In this document: positions 9,596-19,878 of the stretch, piece by piece
How positions within the stretch are numbered: the first letter of the stretch is position 1
Layout of the letters: every line of letters begins with the position of its first letter
Virus record (IMG/VR): IMGVR_UViG_3300045988_005108
Location: 1 to 64,000 of that record
Reading direction: 5' to 3' (one strand)
Length of the DNA: 64,000 nt
Source of the DNA: a virus
Position numbers and translations under genes: made by a program
The notes under the pieces: model-generated
The model's database searches: none
What the model was told of the DNA's origin: nothing
What the model saw: the letters and a program-made list of their open reading frames with translations, nothing else

Positions 9596-9845
9596 TGAAT
9601 CACTTACAAGATATTTCAATGTCCTATCAAAGTTAGGATATATGAGTTATTCGGAAGTAGATAAGCTGTTGGTGCTGATATTCATATATGATTTGCTTGA
9701 GAGTGATTGTAAGTCCTTTATAACAGAAGAAGAGTATAGAATCATAGACAATGCCTTATATTGCCTGTATGGTTCTACCTGTTTAATACCTTATCCAGAG
9801 TATATAGCAAGCACTTCAATCTCTTGTACAGGCAAGTCAGTATAA
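9579..9845 (+). CDS. small hypothetical protein
   Basis: The track start at 9570 is GTG; the in-frame ATG is at 9579. Overlaps the previous gene end by 17 nt. Confidence 0.45.
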   Translation: MDKVLNESLTRYFNVLSKLGYMSYSEVDKLLVLIFIYDLLESDCKSFITEEEYRIIDNALYCLYGSTCLIPYPEYIASTSISCTGKSV

Positions 9846-9883
9846 TTATTACATTAATACTTCTAACATAAAAATAGTAAAGT

Positions 9884-9928
9884 CCTTGCAGATATAAGAA
9901 ATTATGCTTATATTTGCAGGGATTTTTA
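9884..9928 (+). terminator. rho-independent terminator (15-bp stem)
   Basis: CCTTGCAGATATAAG-AAATTATG-CTTATATTTGCAGGG pairs over 15 bp (2 G:U pairs), followed by ATTTTT. Confidence 0.6.
9909..9916 (+). promoter_or_regulatory. -7 promoter box (TAnnTTTG) candidate embedded in the terminator 3' arm
   Basis: TATATTTG lies 34 nt upstream of the ATG at 9951. Confidence 0.4.
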
Positions 9929-9950
9929 GTTATAGCTAATAAATAAAATT

Positions 9951-10640
9951 ATGAGTACATATAAAGAATTAACCTACATGGTACTTGATGAATTGAAACT
10001 GTACTCAGATGATGCCTCATATACAGAGGAGCATGTAATGTTTCTACTTGATAAGTATAGGGCATTCTTACTGAAACAGAGATATTCAGATGTAAAGAAG
10101 CAGATACCTGAGAGTAATTATCAGACTATATGCTTGGATTTAATTGAGGTACCTGCTATATCAGGTGAGCCTTGTGAAGGTGGTTCTTATCTAAGAAGTA
10201 AAAAGAAGATACCTTTCCTAATGAAGATAGGTAATCCCAAGGTATATCCAGTTGATTATTATCAAGGAGAGATTACTTATGTAAGTAGGGAAAGGGTGAG
10301 ATATGTGGGGTATAACAAGTATCTGAGAAATATCATCTATGCTTCTATTGGTCCAGATAATTACCTGTATTTTAAGTCTTTCAATCCACAGTACTTGTAT
10401 CTTGAAAAGGCAAGAATGACAGGTATATTTGAAGACCCACAGGCTGCATCAGAATTGCAGTGTCCTAATGAGAATGGTGATACAGTATGTGATGTATTAG
10501 ATAAGACTTTCCCTATTGAGGATGCTCTTATACCCCCTATGATTGAACTTGTAGTCAAGGAGTTATTAGGTGCTGAGTACAGACCTAAAGATGAATCCAA
10601 TGATGCAAAGGATGAGTTGTCAGAAGTAACATCTAAATAG
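9951..10640 (+). CDS. virion/tail-module protein, function unknown
   Basis: 229-aa ORF with an ATG start. First gene after the terminator/promoter region. Confidence 0.6.
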   Translation: MSTYKELTYMVLDELKLYSDDASYTEEHVMFLLDKYRAFLLKQRYSDVKKQIPESNYQTICLDLIEVPAISGEPCEGGSYLRSKKKIPFLMKIGNPKVYPVDYYQGEITYVSRERVRYVGYNKYLRNIIYASIGPDNYLYFKSFNPQYLYLEKARMTGIFEDPQAASELQCPNENGDTVCDVLDKTFPIEDALIPPMIELVVKELLGAEYRPKDESNDAKDELSEVTSK

Positions 10641-10646
10641 TGAGTT

Positions 10647-11204
10647 ATGGAGTCTTGTCAAGAAGAGAAAGATAAAGGATTGATTGATTTCCTAAACTCC
10701 ATTAAAAAGGTAAATGAACCAAGGGTTCACAAGGTTAGAGGTTCCTATGGTGTATATGATGCCTATAAGTGGATAAGAAAGAATAGATGGCTTAATATAG
10801 GAAGGTGTCTTACAGAACATGAGTTCTATAGCATTATAAGGAAAGTCAATGATTACTTAGCTGATAGTTTCCTTCATGGTAATGATATTAAGTTACCACA
10901 TAGAATGGGTAGAATAGAGCTAAGAAAATATGATGTGAGAATTAATCTTGATAGGGAAAAGGTCAAGACTAACCTACCTATAGACTGGGATAAAACTCTT
11001 AAATTATGGTATGAAGATGAGGAATCCTATAAGGAAAAAACACTGGTTAAAGTGGAGGAAAAAGAAATTTTTAAAGTCTACTATAATAAGCAATTAGCAG
11101 ACTATAATAATCAGGTCTTCTATGAATTTAATGTCAATAGAGAACTGAAGAAGAGATTAAAACAAAGAATAAAAGAAGGAAAGATAGATGCTTTCAAGAT
11201 ATGA
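10647..11204 (+). CDS. hypothetical protein, weak HU/IHF-like DNA-binding resemblance
   Basis: FYSIIRKVNDYLADSFLHGNDIKLPHRMGRIELRK resembles the HU-fold pattern (..l..G..v.lp.lG.l.i.k). crAss-like phages are reported to carry IHF-like genes in this module. This is a low-confidence functional call. Confidence 0.4.
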   Translation: MESCQEEKDKGLIDFLNSIKKVNEPRVHKVRGSYGVYDAYKWIRKNRWLNIGRCLTEHEFYSIIRKVNDYLADSFLHGNDIKLPHRMGRIELRKYDVRINLDREKVKTNLPIDWDKTLKLWYEDEESYKEKTLVKVEEKEIFKVYYNKQLADYNNQVFYEFNVNRELKKRLKQRIKEGKIDAFKI

Positions 11205-12124
11205 ACTGGAGTGATTTGTCAATGAAAGATAGAGCTTCCTATATAAAATTAGGAATTGAAAATGGTATCTATAATCTTAATAGTATAAGAACTATATATA
11301 ATTCCTTTGCAGAGGGAGGTCCTATTAAGGGAATGAGGGCTACTCCTACTTTGAAAAGGAAAAGCTGGGAAACTGATGAAGAGTATAAAAGGAGAATAAG
11401 TAGTTATAGTAATGTAGACACTGCTGCCATTATAGCAGAGAACCAAAGAATAATAGAAGAAAACAAAAGAAACAGGCAACAATATTTGCAAACTGAAGAG
11501 GGTAAAAGAAGACTAGCTCAAATACAGAAAGAGGAGGCAAAGATATTTAATAATATCAAAGTACCTATACAGAACACCTCCTCTTTAAATAGGAGTGCCA
11601 ATATAATACAGGATTCCCTTCAATCTGAAATTAATAAAGCAAAGTCTTTAAGCAGTGAGATTAGAGAGGGTGCAAAATTGCAGCAACAAGAGAGGCTTGA
11701 CAAATTAAATGATTATAAGAAAGGTACTGAGGCTACAATAACTGCTTTAGAATTAGGACTATCAGGAGCTTCATTATTAGGAGCTTATAGTAATTATAGG
11801 AATTGGGCAAATTCAGCAAATGTTGCTAAAAAGACTTTGGCTAATCTATTACAGAAAGCACAATTACCTATGCAAGTAGGAGGTACTATGATTGATGCTT
11901 ATCAGACATTTGATGCTATACAGAGTGGAGAACCTTTTGAGACTTATTACAATGGTACAAGTATGGGACTTGGGACTGCTGGTAGTATAGGAGCATCTGA
12001 TGTATTCTTAAATAGCAGATTCCATAATCCAAAAGTGGATAGGGTTTTAGATGTATTAGGTATTCTTCAGAATACAGGAGACTTCATTAAATTTGGATAT
12101 GATACTTTAACAGAAGATAAATAA
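11201..12124 (+). CDS. virion-module protein, function unknown
   Basis: ATGA start/stop overlap with the previous gene. Gly/Ala-rich hydrophobic segments (ALELGLSGASLLGAY, GLGTAGSIGA). Confidence 0.55.
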   Translation: MNWSDLSMKDRASYIKLGIENGIYNLNSIRTIYNSFAEGGPIKGMRATPTLKRKSWETDEEYKRRISSYSNVDTAAIIAENQRIIEENKRNRQQYLQTEEGKRRLAQIQKEEAKIFNNIKVPIQNTSSLNRSANIIQDSLQSEINKAKSLSSEIREGAKLQQQERLDKLNDYKKGTEATITALELGLSGASLLGAYSNYRNWANSANVAKKTLANLLQKAQLPMQVGGTMIDAYQTFDAIQSGEPFETYYNGTSMGLGTAGSIGASDVFLNSRFHNPKVDRVLDVLGILQNTGDFIKFGYDTLTEDK

Positions 12125-12831
12125 TGGTAAAAGAATATAACTACATAAATATAAGAGAAGCTCTGAGTAGAGTATTAAGACACCCTCTTCTTCAAGATGT
12201 AACTCTTGAGCAAGCTGTGCAATATACTATTGATTTTATTGGTATATTTGGCATGCCAAAGTTATATCAAGATAAGGAGGAAGTTCTTCATATAGAGGAC
12301 TTCAGAGCCAAGCTCCCTTGTGATTTAATATCTATCAATCAGATTAAAGAATGTAAGACTGGTGTATGTCTTAGAAGTATGACAGATAATTTCATGCCAA
12401 GAGAACACTATGACAGAAGTGCTGGCTACAAGATACCACAAGAATTGTCTTTCAAAACACAAGGACAAGTACTATATGTATCCTTCAAGACAGGAGATGT
12501 GTCAGTGTCCTATAAGGCAATCCCAGTAGATAAGGATGGATTTCCACTACTTATTGATAACCCTGTATTCCTGAAGGCACTTGAAGCATATATTAAGAGA
12601 GAGGCATTTACTATTCTGTTTGATATGGGCAAGATTGCACCTGCTGTACTACAGAACACTCAGCAGCAATATGCTTGGCTGGCTGGTCAATTGCAGAGTG
12701 AATTTACTATCCCCTCACAATCTGAAATGGAAAGTATATCAAGAATGTGGAATACACTTGTACAAAGAACAAGTGAGTTTAATAATGGGTTCTCATCTCT
12801 TGGTAATAAGGAATATATTAAACTACAATAA
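12124..12831 (+). CDS. tail-module protein, function unknown
   Basis: TAATG overlap with the previous gene. 235-aa ORF. Confidence 0.6.
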   Translation: MVKEYNYINIREALSRVLRHPLLQDVTLEQAVQYTIDFIGIFGMPKLYQDKEEVLHIEDFRAKLPCDLISINQIKECKTGVCLRSMTDNFMPREHYDRSAGYKIPQELSFKTQGQVLYVSFKTGDVSVSYKAIPVDKDGFPLLIDNPVFLKALEAYIKREAFTILFDMGKIAPAVLQNTQQQYAWLAGQLQSEFTIPSQSEMESISRMWNTLVQRTSEFNNGFSSLGNKEYIKLQ

Positions 12832-12833
12832 CT

Positions 12834-15800
12834 ATGCAGAAAGTAGTACAAATAAAAACTAAAGGTATGCAGAGAGATTTATCAGCATCTGCATTTAATT
12901 CAGAATATGCTTATGAAAATAAGAATATGAGAATTATGCCTACTAATGAATCAACTCTGCTTAGTCTTATAAATGAAAAAGGTAATTTACTAGCAACAAT
13001 AAAAGGACTCACTAATGGTATTGAAGGAATACCTATAGGTCAAATAGTGGTAAATGATATACTTGTATTGTTCACTTGTGATAGTAATCCTAAAGTATCT
13101 ACAATAAATGAAGATGATTTAGAAGCTCAACCAACTGTAGATACATATAATGATAAGATATATAAAATATGGTTTAAAGACGGAGTACTTACAGGTAAAG
13201 AATTATATAGTGGTAATCTTAATTTCAGTTATCAACATCCTATAGAAGCTTTATCTTTTTATGAGAATGAAGAACTTATTAAAGTGTACTGGACTGATGG
13301 TATTAATCAACCAAGAATGATTAATATAGCTGCTGATATTACTGTAGTAGAATCCTATAATAATAATTCATTTGATTTTGTAAAAAAGATAGAATTTAAT
13401 GAAGAAGTTACCATTAAAAAGAATGAAGTATCTAATGGAACTTTTGCTCCTGGAGTTATACAATATGCTTTTACATATTTCAATAAATATGGTCAGGAAA
13501 GTAACATATTTTATGTATCACCTTTGTATTATCTGTCTTATAGTAATAGAGGTGGAAGTCCTGAAGATAAAGTAAATAATAGTTTTGATATAGAGATTAC
13601 AAATGCAGATACAAATTTTGATTATATAAGAGTCTATTCTATACAAAGAACAAGTATAAATGCAACACCTAATGTAAAAAGAGTAGTTGATTTAGCTACA
13701 TCAGAATATACAACTAAAATAACTTATACTGACAATGGATTATCTGGAGATTCCATTGACCCTACAAACTTATTATATGTAGGTGGAGAGGAAGTTATAT
13801 TTGGTACTATGACTCAGAAAGATAATACTTTATTTTTAGGAGACATACAATTAAAGAACAGGAAAATTAGTAGACCTGTAAAAATACTTCTTAAAGGTAA
13901 AGATATAGTTTTTACAACTGAATTAAGGTCTATAAAATCTCCTAAAGCTACAGGTTATTATCCTTATTATAATCAGTTAAAACAACCTTCTAATGAGATA
14001 AAGACATTTAAATATCTTGAACATTATAGATTTGGTATACAGTTTCAGCATAAGACTGGTAAATGGTCAGAACCTATACACATTAAAGATGTTGTAAATG
14101 ACCAACATATAGAATCTACATTCTATGAAAGTGATAGTATAAAGATACCTACTGCTAAATTTATATTAGATGATACTACTATTATTAATTATCTTCACAA
14201 TAATGATTACGTCAGAATAAGACCTGTTGTTGTATACCCTAATATTAATGATAGAGAATGTATATGTCAAGGTATTTTATGCCCTACTGTATATAATGTA
14301 GCTGATAGATTCAATAATACACCTTTTGCACAATCTTCTTGGTTTACTAGACCTAATGCTCCTTTTGATGAATATAAATCTTTTCACGATGTTCAGAGTG
14401 GAGGTAGATGGTACGCAGATTGGAAAAGAATGGATTTACCCTCAGGTATACCAAGTGAGCCTAGTATATATTCAAAAGCAGCAGTAATGTCTAATAATTC
14501 TACAATAGTCAAATATGACGATAAGGATTATACAATAGATTTGTCAAGTAAAGGTGCTTGGGCAGAATTTAGACATAATAGACCTATCCCTGGTAATGAT
14601 AATAGAAATGCTGAAATACAATGTATTTGGAATCCACAAGAAAACCCTTATGTATCTAAAGAATTAAGTGATTCTGACTTGAGTAGTTGGGTATCTAATA
14701 ATGCTGAAAACTACTATATAGACCAATCTATATTGACATTACATTCACCTGATATTGAGTTTGATGATAATATAAAGAACCTAGATACATCAAACTTGAA
14801 ATTAAGAATTGTAGGTATAGTTCCTTTATCAGCGTTTGTATCAGATATAGATATACAGACATCTACGCCTGTAAACAATTTCCATGACAGTACAGAATTA
14901 CCTATAGGATTTTATAAAGAACCTATAGGAGTAGAAAATGACTTTAGCTATGATGTAACAACAATACATTTAGGCAATTCTCATTTTGGATGGAGAGGTT
15001 TAATGTCAGGAGCTTTTTGGTTTGATGAAATCACAGGATATAGAAAAGGTACTGGCAATCCTGATAATCTTACTACAGGATTTGTAGTATATCCTTGGCA
15101 TAGAAATGGGTCTTTGAATAATACAAAGTTTGCTACAGATGGATATAAATCAGCAGTACTTGACAAGAAAAAAATGTCTAATTTAAGATATTCTTATAAG
15201 ACATATTATCTTGATGATAATTATATATGGAATGCTTATATTAAAAATAATAGTACTAGAACTGGTATATCTGGTGTATCTATATTTGATTCAAATGAAG
15301 TGTCTTTAGTAAAGATTCCTGCACAAGAAAATTCAGGATTACCTGATATAAATTATTATGGTAATGTAGATAAATTACTTATATCTTCAAGAATAGGTAC
15401 TAAGAAAGACGGTTATCCTATTATGACTACAGGAACTCAAAATGCAGCTACGGATGCACATAAACTATTTATTAGTGAATATATACAAGTAAATAGTAAG
15501 TTTACTGAACAGACTACTGGAGTTGACCCTGTAAGAATAAAATATAAATCAACACCTCATGCAGTATTAGCTTTGAATTATACAACTGCTGGAAACCCTA
15601 GAATATTGCCTACTATTAAAGATGGTAAAAATTCAACTCAATGGGATGTTAATTTAAGAAGTATAAATATAAGTGATAGGTGTTCTTTTTGGGATAAGAA
15701 TAAAAAACCTATTAACATAAATCAAGATAGTATTAAGTTAGCTATAGGTCCTATACATAATGTACCTAGTATACAACACGGGTGGTTATGGTTAGGAGAA

Positions 15801-17255
15801 TTATATAATGACAATGTACAAAATAGATTTGGCGGAGATACAGATGAAGCACTTGAAAATAATCAATGGCTACCTTGTGGAGAACCTGTAGATATTATTG
15901 ACAAAGAAACAAATAGTCCTAAAACAAGTATTGAAATTAAATTTACAGAAGGAGATACTTACTATCAAAGATATGACCATATAAAGACATATCCTTTTAC
16001 TTTAGAAGACCAAAACTCTGTAACAGATATTGTGTCTTTTATGTGTGAAACTAGAGTTAATCTTGATGGTAGATATGATAGAAATAGAGGACAAACCAGT
16101 AATTTCCATATAACTCCCAGTAACTTTAATCTAGTAAATGAAGTATATTCTCAAACCAATAACTTCTTTACTTATAGAGCAAGTAATCCTAATAAGATTA
16201 ATCTTGATGATTTTCATAATACTATTACTTGGACTAAGACTAAGACATCAGGAGAATTTATAGATTCTTGGACTAATATAACACTTGCATCTACATTGGA
16301 TTTAGATGGAGACAAAGGTTATATAAGAGCATTAAGAAGAATAAACAATAATATAATTGCTTTCCAAGATAAAGGTATTAGTCAGATACTTTATAATGAG
16401 AATATGCAAATATCTTCTACAGAAGGAGTGCCTATTGAAATAGCTAATAGTGGTAAAGTAAATGGTAAAAGATATTTATCCGATAAAGTAGGATGTACTA
16501 ATAAATGGTCTATATGTGAATCTCCTAATGGATTATATTTTATAGATGATATTACTAAAGGTATTTATTTGTTTAATGGACAATTAAATAATCTATCTGA
16601 TAAATTTGGTTTTCATTCTTGGATAAACAGTAACTCTACTTTGGATATATGGAATCCTGTAGATTTTGATAACTTTGTTACTCATTATGATAAAATAAAT
16701 GGTGATGTATTCTTTACTAATAAAAATGAATGTCTTGCCTTCTCAGAATCTTTAGGACAATTCAGTTCATTCTATAGTTATGAAAATACTCCATACTTTG
16801 TTAATATAGGTGATAGAGGTTTAGCTATCAAAAAGAGTGATACTACTTATAAAGTATGGTTGCATAATGAAGGAGACTATAATATGTACTTTGGTAAATA
16901 TCAGCCATTCTACACAACCATTATAGCTAATCCAGATATGCCTATGGATAAGATATTCAATACTGTGGAATTTAGGGCAGATAGTTGGAATAATGAGGAA
17001 TTACTTAATACAACATTTGACACTTTGACTACTTGGAATGAGTATCAAAAGGGAAGTATTGAATTAGTAAATAAGGAAGGTAAGCCCTCTAATTTAAAGA
17101 GAAAGTTTAGAATATGGAGAGCTAATATACCAAGAGATAATGTGTCTAATAGATACAGAATGAGAAGTCCTTGGTTATATATAAAATTAGGTATGTATAC
17201 ACAGAATACAAACAAAACTATATTACATGATATGATAATACATTATACAGAATAA
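12834..17255 (+). CDS. large tail protein, muzzle-protein candidate
   Basis: 1473 aa (about 165 kDa). A hexamer would be about 1 MDa, the size published for the phi-crAss001 muzzle assembly. The position before the Gly-rich and cargo-like genes matches from memory. Visibly lower GC than its neighbours. Confidence 0.5.
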   Translation: MQKVVQIKTKGMQRDLSASAFNSEYAYENKNMRIMPTNESTLLSLINEKGNLLATIKGLTNGIEGIPIGQIVVNDILVLFTCDSNPKVSTINEDDLEAQPTVDTYNDKIYKIWFKDGVLTGKELYSGNLNFSYQHPIEALSFYENEELIKVYWTDGINQPRMINIAADITVVESYNNNSFDFVKKIEFNEEVTIKKNEVSNGTFAPGVIQYAFTYFNKYGQESNIFYVSPLYYLSYSNRGGSPEDKVNNSFDIEITNADTNFDYIRVYSIQRTSINATPNVKRVVDLATSEYTTKITYTDNGLSGDSIDPTNLLYVGGEEVIFGTMTQKDNTLFLGDIQLKNRKISRPVKILLKGKDIVFTTELRSIKSPKATGYYPYYNQLKQPSNEIKTFKYLEHYRFGIQFQHKTGKWSEPIHIKDVVNDQHIESTFYESDSIKIPTAKFILDDTTIINYLHNNDYVRIRPVVVYPNINDRECICQGILCPTVYNVADRFNNTPFAQSSWFTRPNAPFDEYKSFHDVQSGGRWYADWKRMDLPSGIPSEPSIYSKAAVMSNNSTIVKYDDKDYTIDLSSKGAWAEFRHNRPIPGNDNRNAEIQCIWNPQENPYVSKELSDSDLSSWVSNNAENYYIDQSILTLHSPDIEFDDNIKNLDTSNLKLRIVGIVPLSAFVSDIDIQTSTPVNNFHDSTELPIGFYKEPIGVENDFSYDVTTIHLGNSHFGWRGLMSGAFWFDEITGYRKGTGNPDNLTTGFVVYPWHRNGSLNNTKFATDGYKSAVLDKKKMSNLRYSYKTYYLDDNYIWNAYIKNNSTRTGISGVSIFDSNEVSLVKIPAQENSGLPDINYYGNVDKLLISSRIGTKKDGYPIMTTGTQNAATDAHKLFISEYIQVNSKFTEQTTGVDPVRIKYKSTPHAVLALNYTTAGNPRILPTIKDGKNSTQWDVNLRSINISDRCSFWDKNKKPININQDSIKLAIGPIHNVPSIQHGWLWLGELYNDNVQNRFGGDTDEALENNQWLPCGEPVDIIDKETNSPKTSIEIKFTEGDTYYQRYDHIKTYPFTLEDQNSVTDIVSFMCETRVNLDGRYDRNRGQTSNFHITPSNFNLVNEVYSQTNNFFTYRASNPNKINLDDFHNTITWTKTKTSGEFIDSWTNITLASTLDLDGDKGYIRALRRINNNIIAFQDKGISQILYNENMQISSTEGVPIEIANSGKVNGKRYLSDKVGCTNKWSICESPNGLYFIDDITKGIYLFNGQLNNLSDKFGFHSWINSNSTLDIWNPVDFDNFVTHYDKINGDVFFTNKNECLAFSESLGQFSSFYSYENTPYFVNIGDRGLAIKKSDTTYKVWLHNEGDYNMYFGKYQPFYTTIIANPDMPMDKIFNTVEFRADSWNNEELLNTTFDTLTTWNEYQKGSIELVNKEGKPSNLKRKFRIWRANIPRDNVSNRYRMRSPWLYIKLGMYTQNTNKTILHDMIIHYTE

Positions 17256-17260
17256 AGATA

Positions 17261-17300
17261 AAGAGTTATAAGTTAAACACTTATAACTCTTTTACTTTTT
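17261..17300 (+). terminator. rho-independent terminator
   Basis: AAGAGTTATAAGT-TAAAC-ACTTATAACTCTT perfect 13-bp stem, followed by TTACTTTTT. Confidence 0.75.
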
Positions 17301-17334
17301 GGATAATATCCTTGTATAATTCAAATATTTTGTT

Positions 17335-17342
17335 TATCTTTG
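17335..17342 (+). promoter_or_regulatory. -7 promoter box (TAnnTTTG) candidate
   Basis: TATCTTTG lies 18 nt upstream of the ATG at 17361, in a non-coding gap after a terminator. Confidence 0.45.
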
Positions 17343-17360
17343 CAAACAAATTAGTATGAT

Positions 17361-19877
17361 ATGGCTAAAAGAAAAGTTATGAGAAGGTCTAATAGACCAT
17401 TTACATACAACCCTCATTACTATAATTGGGGTGGTGATTTCAAGAATGCTTTAGGTGGAACTAAACCTTTTGACTTGAAAGGCACTTTCAGTGGAGGCAA
17501 TGTTGCTGGTATGCTGAAGGGAGGCTTAGCAAGTGGTATAGGTAGTGCAGTAGGTAATATTGCAGGTGGTGCTATTAGTGGAGGACTTGAATCAGGTGCA
17601 GGTAGTGCAATCAGTAACATTGGTGGCACTATAGGTGGTGCAGTAAGTGCAGTTAATCCTGTGCTTGGAGGCATCATATCTGCTGGTACTGGTATTATTG
17701 GAGGTCTTACAAACAGAATGTTTGGCTCCAAGTTAAATAAGGAGAAGATTGCTGAGGTTGAAGGAAGCAATAAAGCTATAAATACTGTTATGGTAGATAG
17801 TAGCAGTGCTGATTCTATAGAGGACCAATGGGCTAATCAAGATTTTGGAGCAGACTTCTCTAAATCAGATATTGGTAAAGATGGTTGGTTCAGCAATAAG
17901 GCTAAGAGAAAATATAAAGCATTGAAGAAGCAACAAGACATTGCAAGGAATAGAGCCTTGACTTCTTATGAGAATGCAGCAGAAGCAGCAGATACTCAGT
18001 CAGACCTTAATGCTATGGCAAGTTTTGCTGCTTTTGGTGGTCCTCTTGGTATATGGGGAGGATATGGAAATGGAGCAATAGGCTATGAATTGGCTAAGGA
18101 GAACTTAGGTATTAAGGCTCTTAATGCTGCAAATAAAGGTAGATTAACTTCGTTACCTAACTCATTTGAATCTCCAGAGTTGAATACATTTGCTGAAGGA
18201 GGTAAAATACATATTAAACCCTCTAAGAGAGGAACTTTTACAGCAGCAGCTAAAAAGCATGGAAAGTCCGTGCAATCATTTGCTTCACAGGTATTAGCTA
18301 ATAAGGAGAATTATTCTCCTGCTATGGTTAAGAAAGCTAATTTTGCAAGGAATGCTGCTAAATGGCATAGCTTTGGAGGTGACTTAAATACTAATGGTGC
18401 TGACTTTAGTAATGGTCAAACCATTATAGGTAATGGAGGAACCCATGAGGAAAATCCTATGGAAGGTGTACCTATGGGAATGGATACTGAGGGAAACCCA
18501 AATCTTGTAGAGCAAGGTGAGGTTATATTCAATGACTATGTATTCAGTAATAGATTATTTGCTGATGGTGGTCTATTGGAAAATTTTAATCTCCCTAAGT
18601 CCTATGATGGGCATTCTTTTGCTGCAATAGCAGAGAAGTTAGGTGATGAATCAAAGGAGAGACCTAATGACCCAATAAGTAAGAGGGGACTAATGAGTTC
18701 TATGTCTAGATTACAACAAGCTCAAGAGACTGTAAGACAACAGACCCAAGAAGGTCAAGAAGGAGTACAATATGCTCATGGTGGTAGAATGGGTACATTA
18801 TTTGATGGTTTTGGTCAATACCCTAATCATTTATTTACTATAGATGATGATAATGTTCCTGAGGGTACAATGTTTGACCCTATTAGTAATAGGTATGTAT
18901 TTACTGGTTATCAAGACTCAGATGTTAAACCATTGGACTTTGGTCCAGGAATAACACTATCAGGTGAATGGGTAAAAGAGCCTAAATATATGGCAAGGGC
19001 TGCTGCTAAGAGAGCAGGATATGATGTAGGAAGCTCTTTGGATGATTATAATAAAAACCCAATTAAGGCTCCTGAGAAGAAAAAGAGTGCTGCATCAAAA
19101 TTACTTGATGCTACAAATTTAAGATATGCTCCTGTAGTAGGTGCTGCAATAGGATTAGGTCAGAACTTATTTAGTAGACCAGACTATACAAGTGCAAATA
19201 CAATACTTGAAGCAGCTAACCAAGCAGGTAATTATACTCCAATAGGTTACACTCCAATAGGTAACTATCTGCAATATAGACCTTTTGATAGGAACTTCTA
19301 TCTAAATAAACTCAATGCACAAGCAGGTGCTACAAGAAGGGCTATTATGAATACTACAAGCCCTTCAAGGAATGCAACCTTACTTGCAGCAGACTACAAT
19401 GCTCAAGGCAGATTAGGAGACCTTGCAAGACAGGCTGAGGAATATAACTTGGCACAAAGACAAGCTGTTGAAACCTTTAATAGAGGCACTAATCAAGCCA
19501 ATGCTGAGATGGGACTCAAGGCTGCAATGGCTAATCAAGAAGCTGCATTAAAGGCAAGAAGTTCAAGGCTAAGTGGTATTGCACAAGCTATGGCAGTAAG
19601 AGATGCTGTTGATGCAAGAAGAGGTGCAAGTATGAGTGCTAACCTTACTAACTTCTTTAATTCTCTTGGAGATATTGGTAGAGAAGAGTATAGCAGAAAC
19701 ATGATTATGAGTAATCCTGCATTATACTACTCTATTGACAGCAAGGGTAATGTTACATATAAGAATGGGTATGAAACTCTTAGTGAAGCAGAGAAGAAAG
19801 AAGTAAGGGATGCTGCCAACAAAGCTAAGAAGAAAAAGAAAGCTAAGGGTGGTTATTTAACTATTAAGAAGAAGTAA
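17361..19877 (+). CDS. glycine-zipper-rich virion protein (ejected/cargo or tail-internal candidate)
   Basis: The N-terminal ~110 aa consist of GxxxG/GxxxA repeats (GGLASGIGSAVGNIAGGAISGGLESGAGSAISNIGGTIGGAV...). The C-terminus is a Lys-rich tail, KAKKKKKAKGGYLTIKKK. Confidence 0.6.
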   Translation: MAKRKVMRRSNRPFTYNPHYYNWGGDFKNALGGTKPFDLKGTFSGGNVAGMLKGGLASGIGSAVGNIAGGAISGGLESGAGSAISNIGGTIGGAVSAVNPVLGGIISAGTGIIGGLTNRMFGSKLNKEKIAEVEGSNKAINTVMVDSSSADSIEDQWANQDFGADFSKSDIGKDGWFSNKAKRKYKALKKQQDIARNRALTSYENAAEAADTQSDLNAMASFAAFGGPLGIWGGYGNGAIGYELAKENLGIKALNAANKGRLTSLPNSFESPELNTFAEGGKIHIKPSKRGTFTAAAKKHGKSVQSFASQVLANKENYSPAMVKKANFARNAAKWHSFGGDLNTNGADFSNGQTIIGNGGTHEENPMEGVPMGMDTEGNPNLVEQGEVIFNDYVFSNRLFADGGLLENFNLPKSYDGHSFAAIAEKLGDESKERPNDPISKRGLMSSMSRLQQAQETVRQQTQEGQEGVQYAHGGRMGTLFDGFGQYPNHLFTIDDDNVPEGTMFDPISNRYVFTGYQDSDVKPLDFGPGITLSGEWVKEPKYMARAAAKRAGYDVGSSLDDYNKNPIKAPEKKKSAASKLLDATNLRYAPVVGAAIGLGQNLFSRPDYTSANTILEAANQAGNYTPIGYTPIGNYLQYRPFDRNFYLNKLNAQAGATRRAIMNTTSPSRNATLLAADYNAQGRLGDLARQAEEYNLAQRQAVETFNRGTNQANAEMGLKAAMANQEAALKARSSRLSGIAQAMAVRDAVDARRGASMSANLTNFFNSLGDIGREEYSRNMIMSNPALYYSIDSKGNVTYKNGYETLSEAEKKEVRDAANKAKKKKKAKGGYLTIKKK

Positions 19878-19878
19878 T

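Noticed and set aside
12581-12862. A 93-aa plus-strand ORF overlapping the end of 12124..12831 and the start of the 1473-aa gene.
   Set aside because: It is out of frame within two well-packed genes, its sequence is low-complexity Leu-rich, and it has no space of its own.
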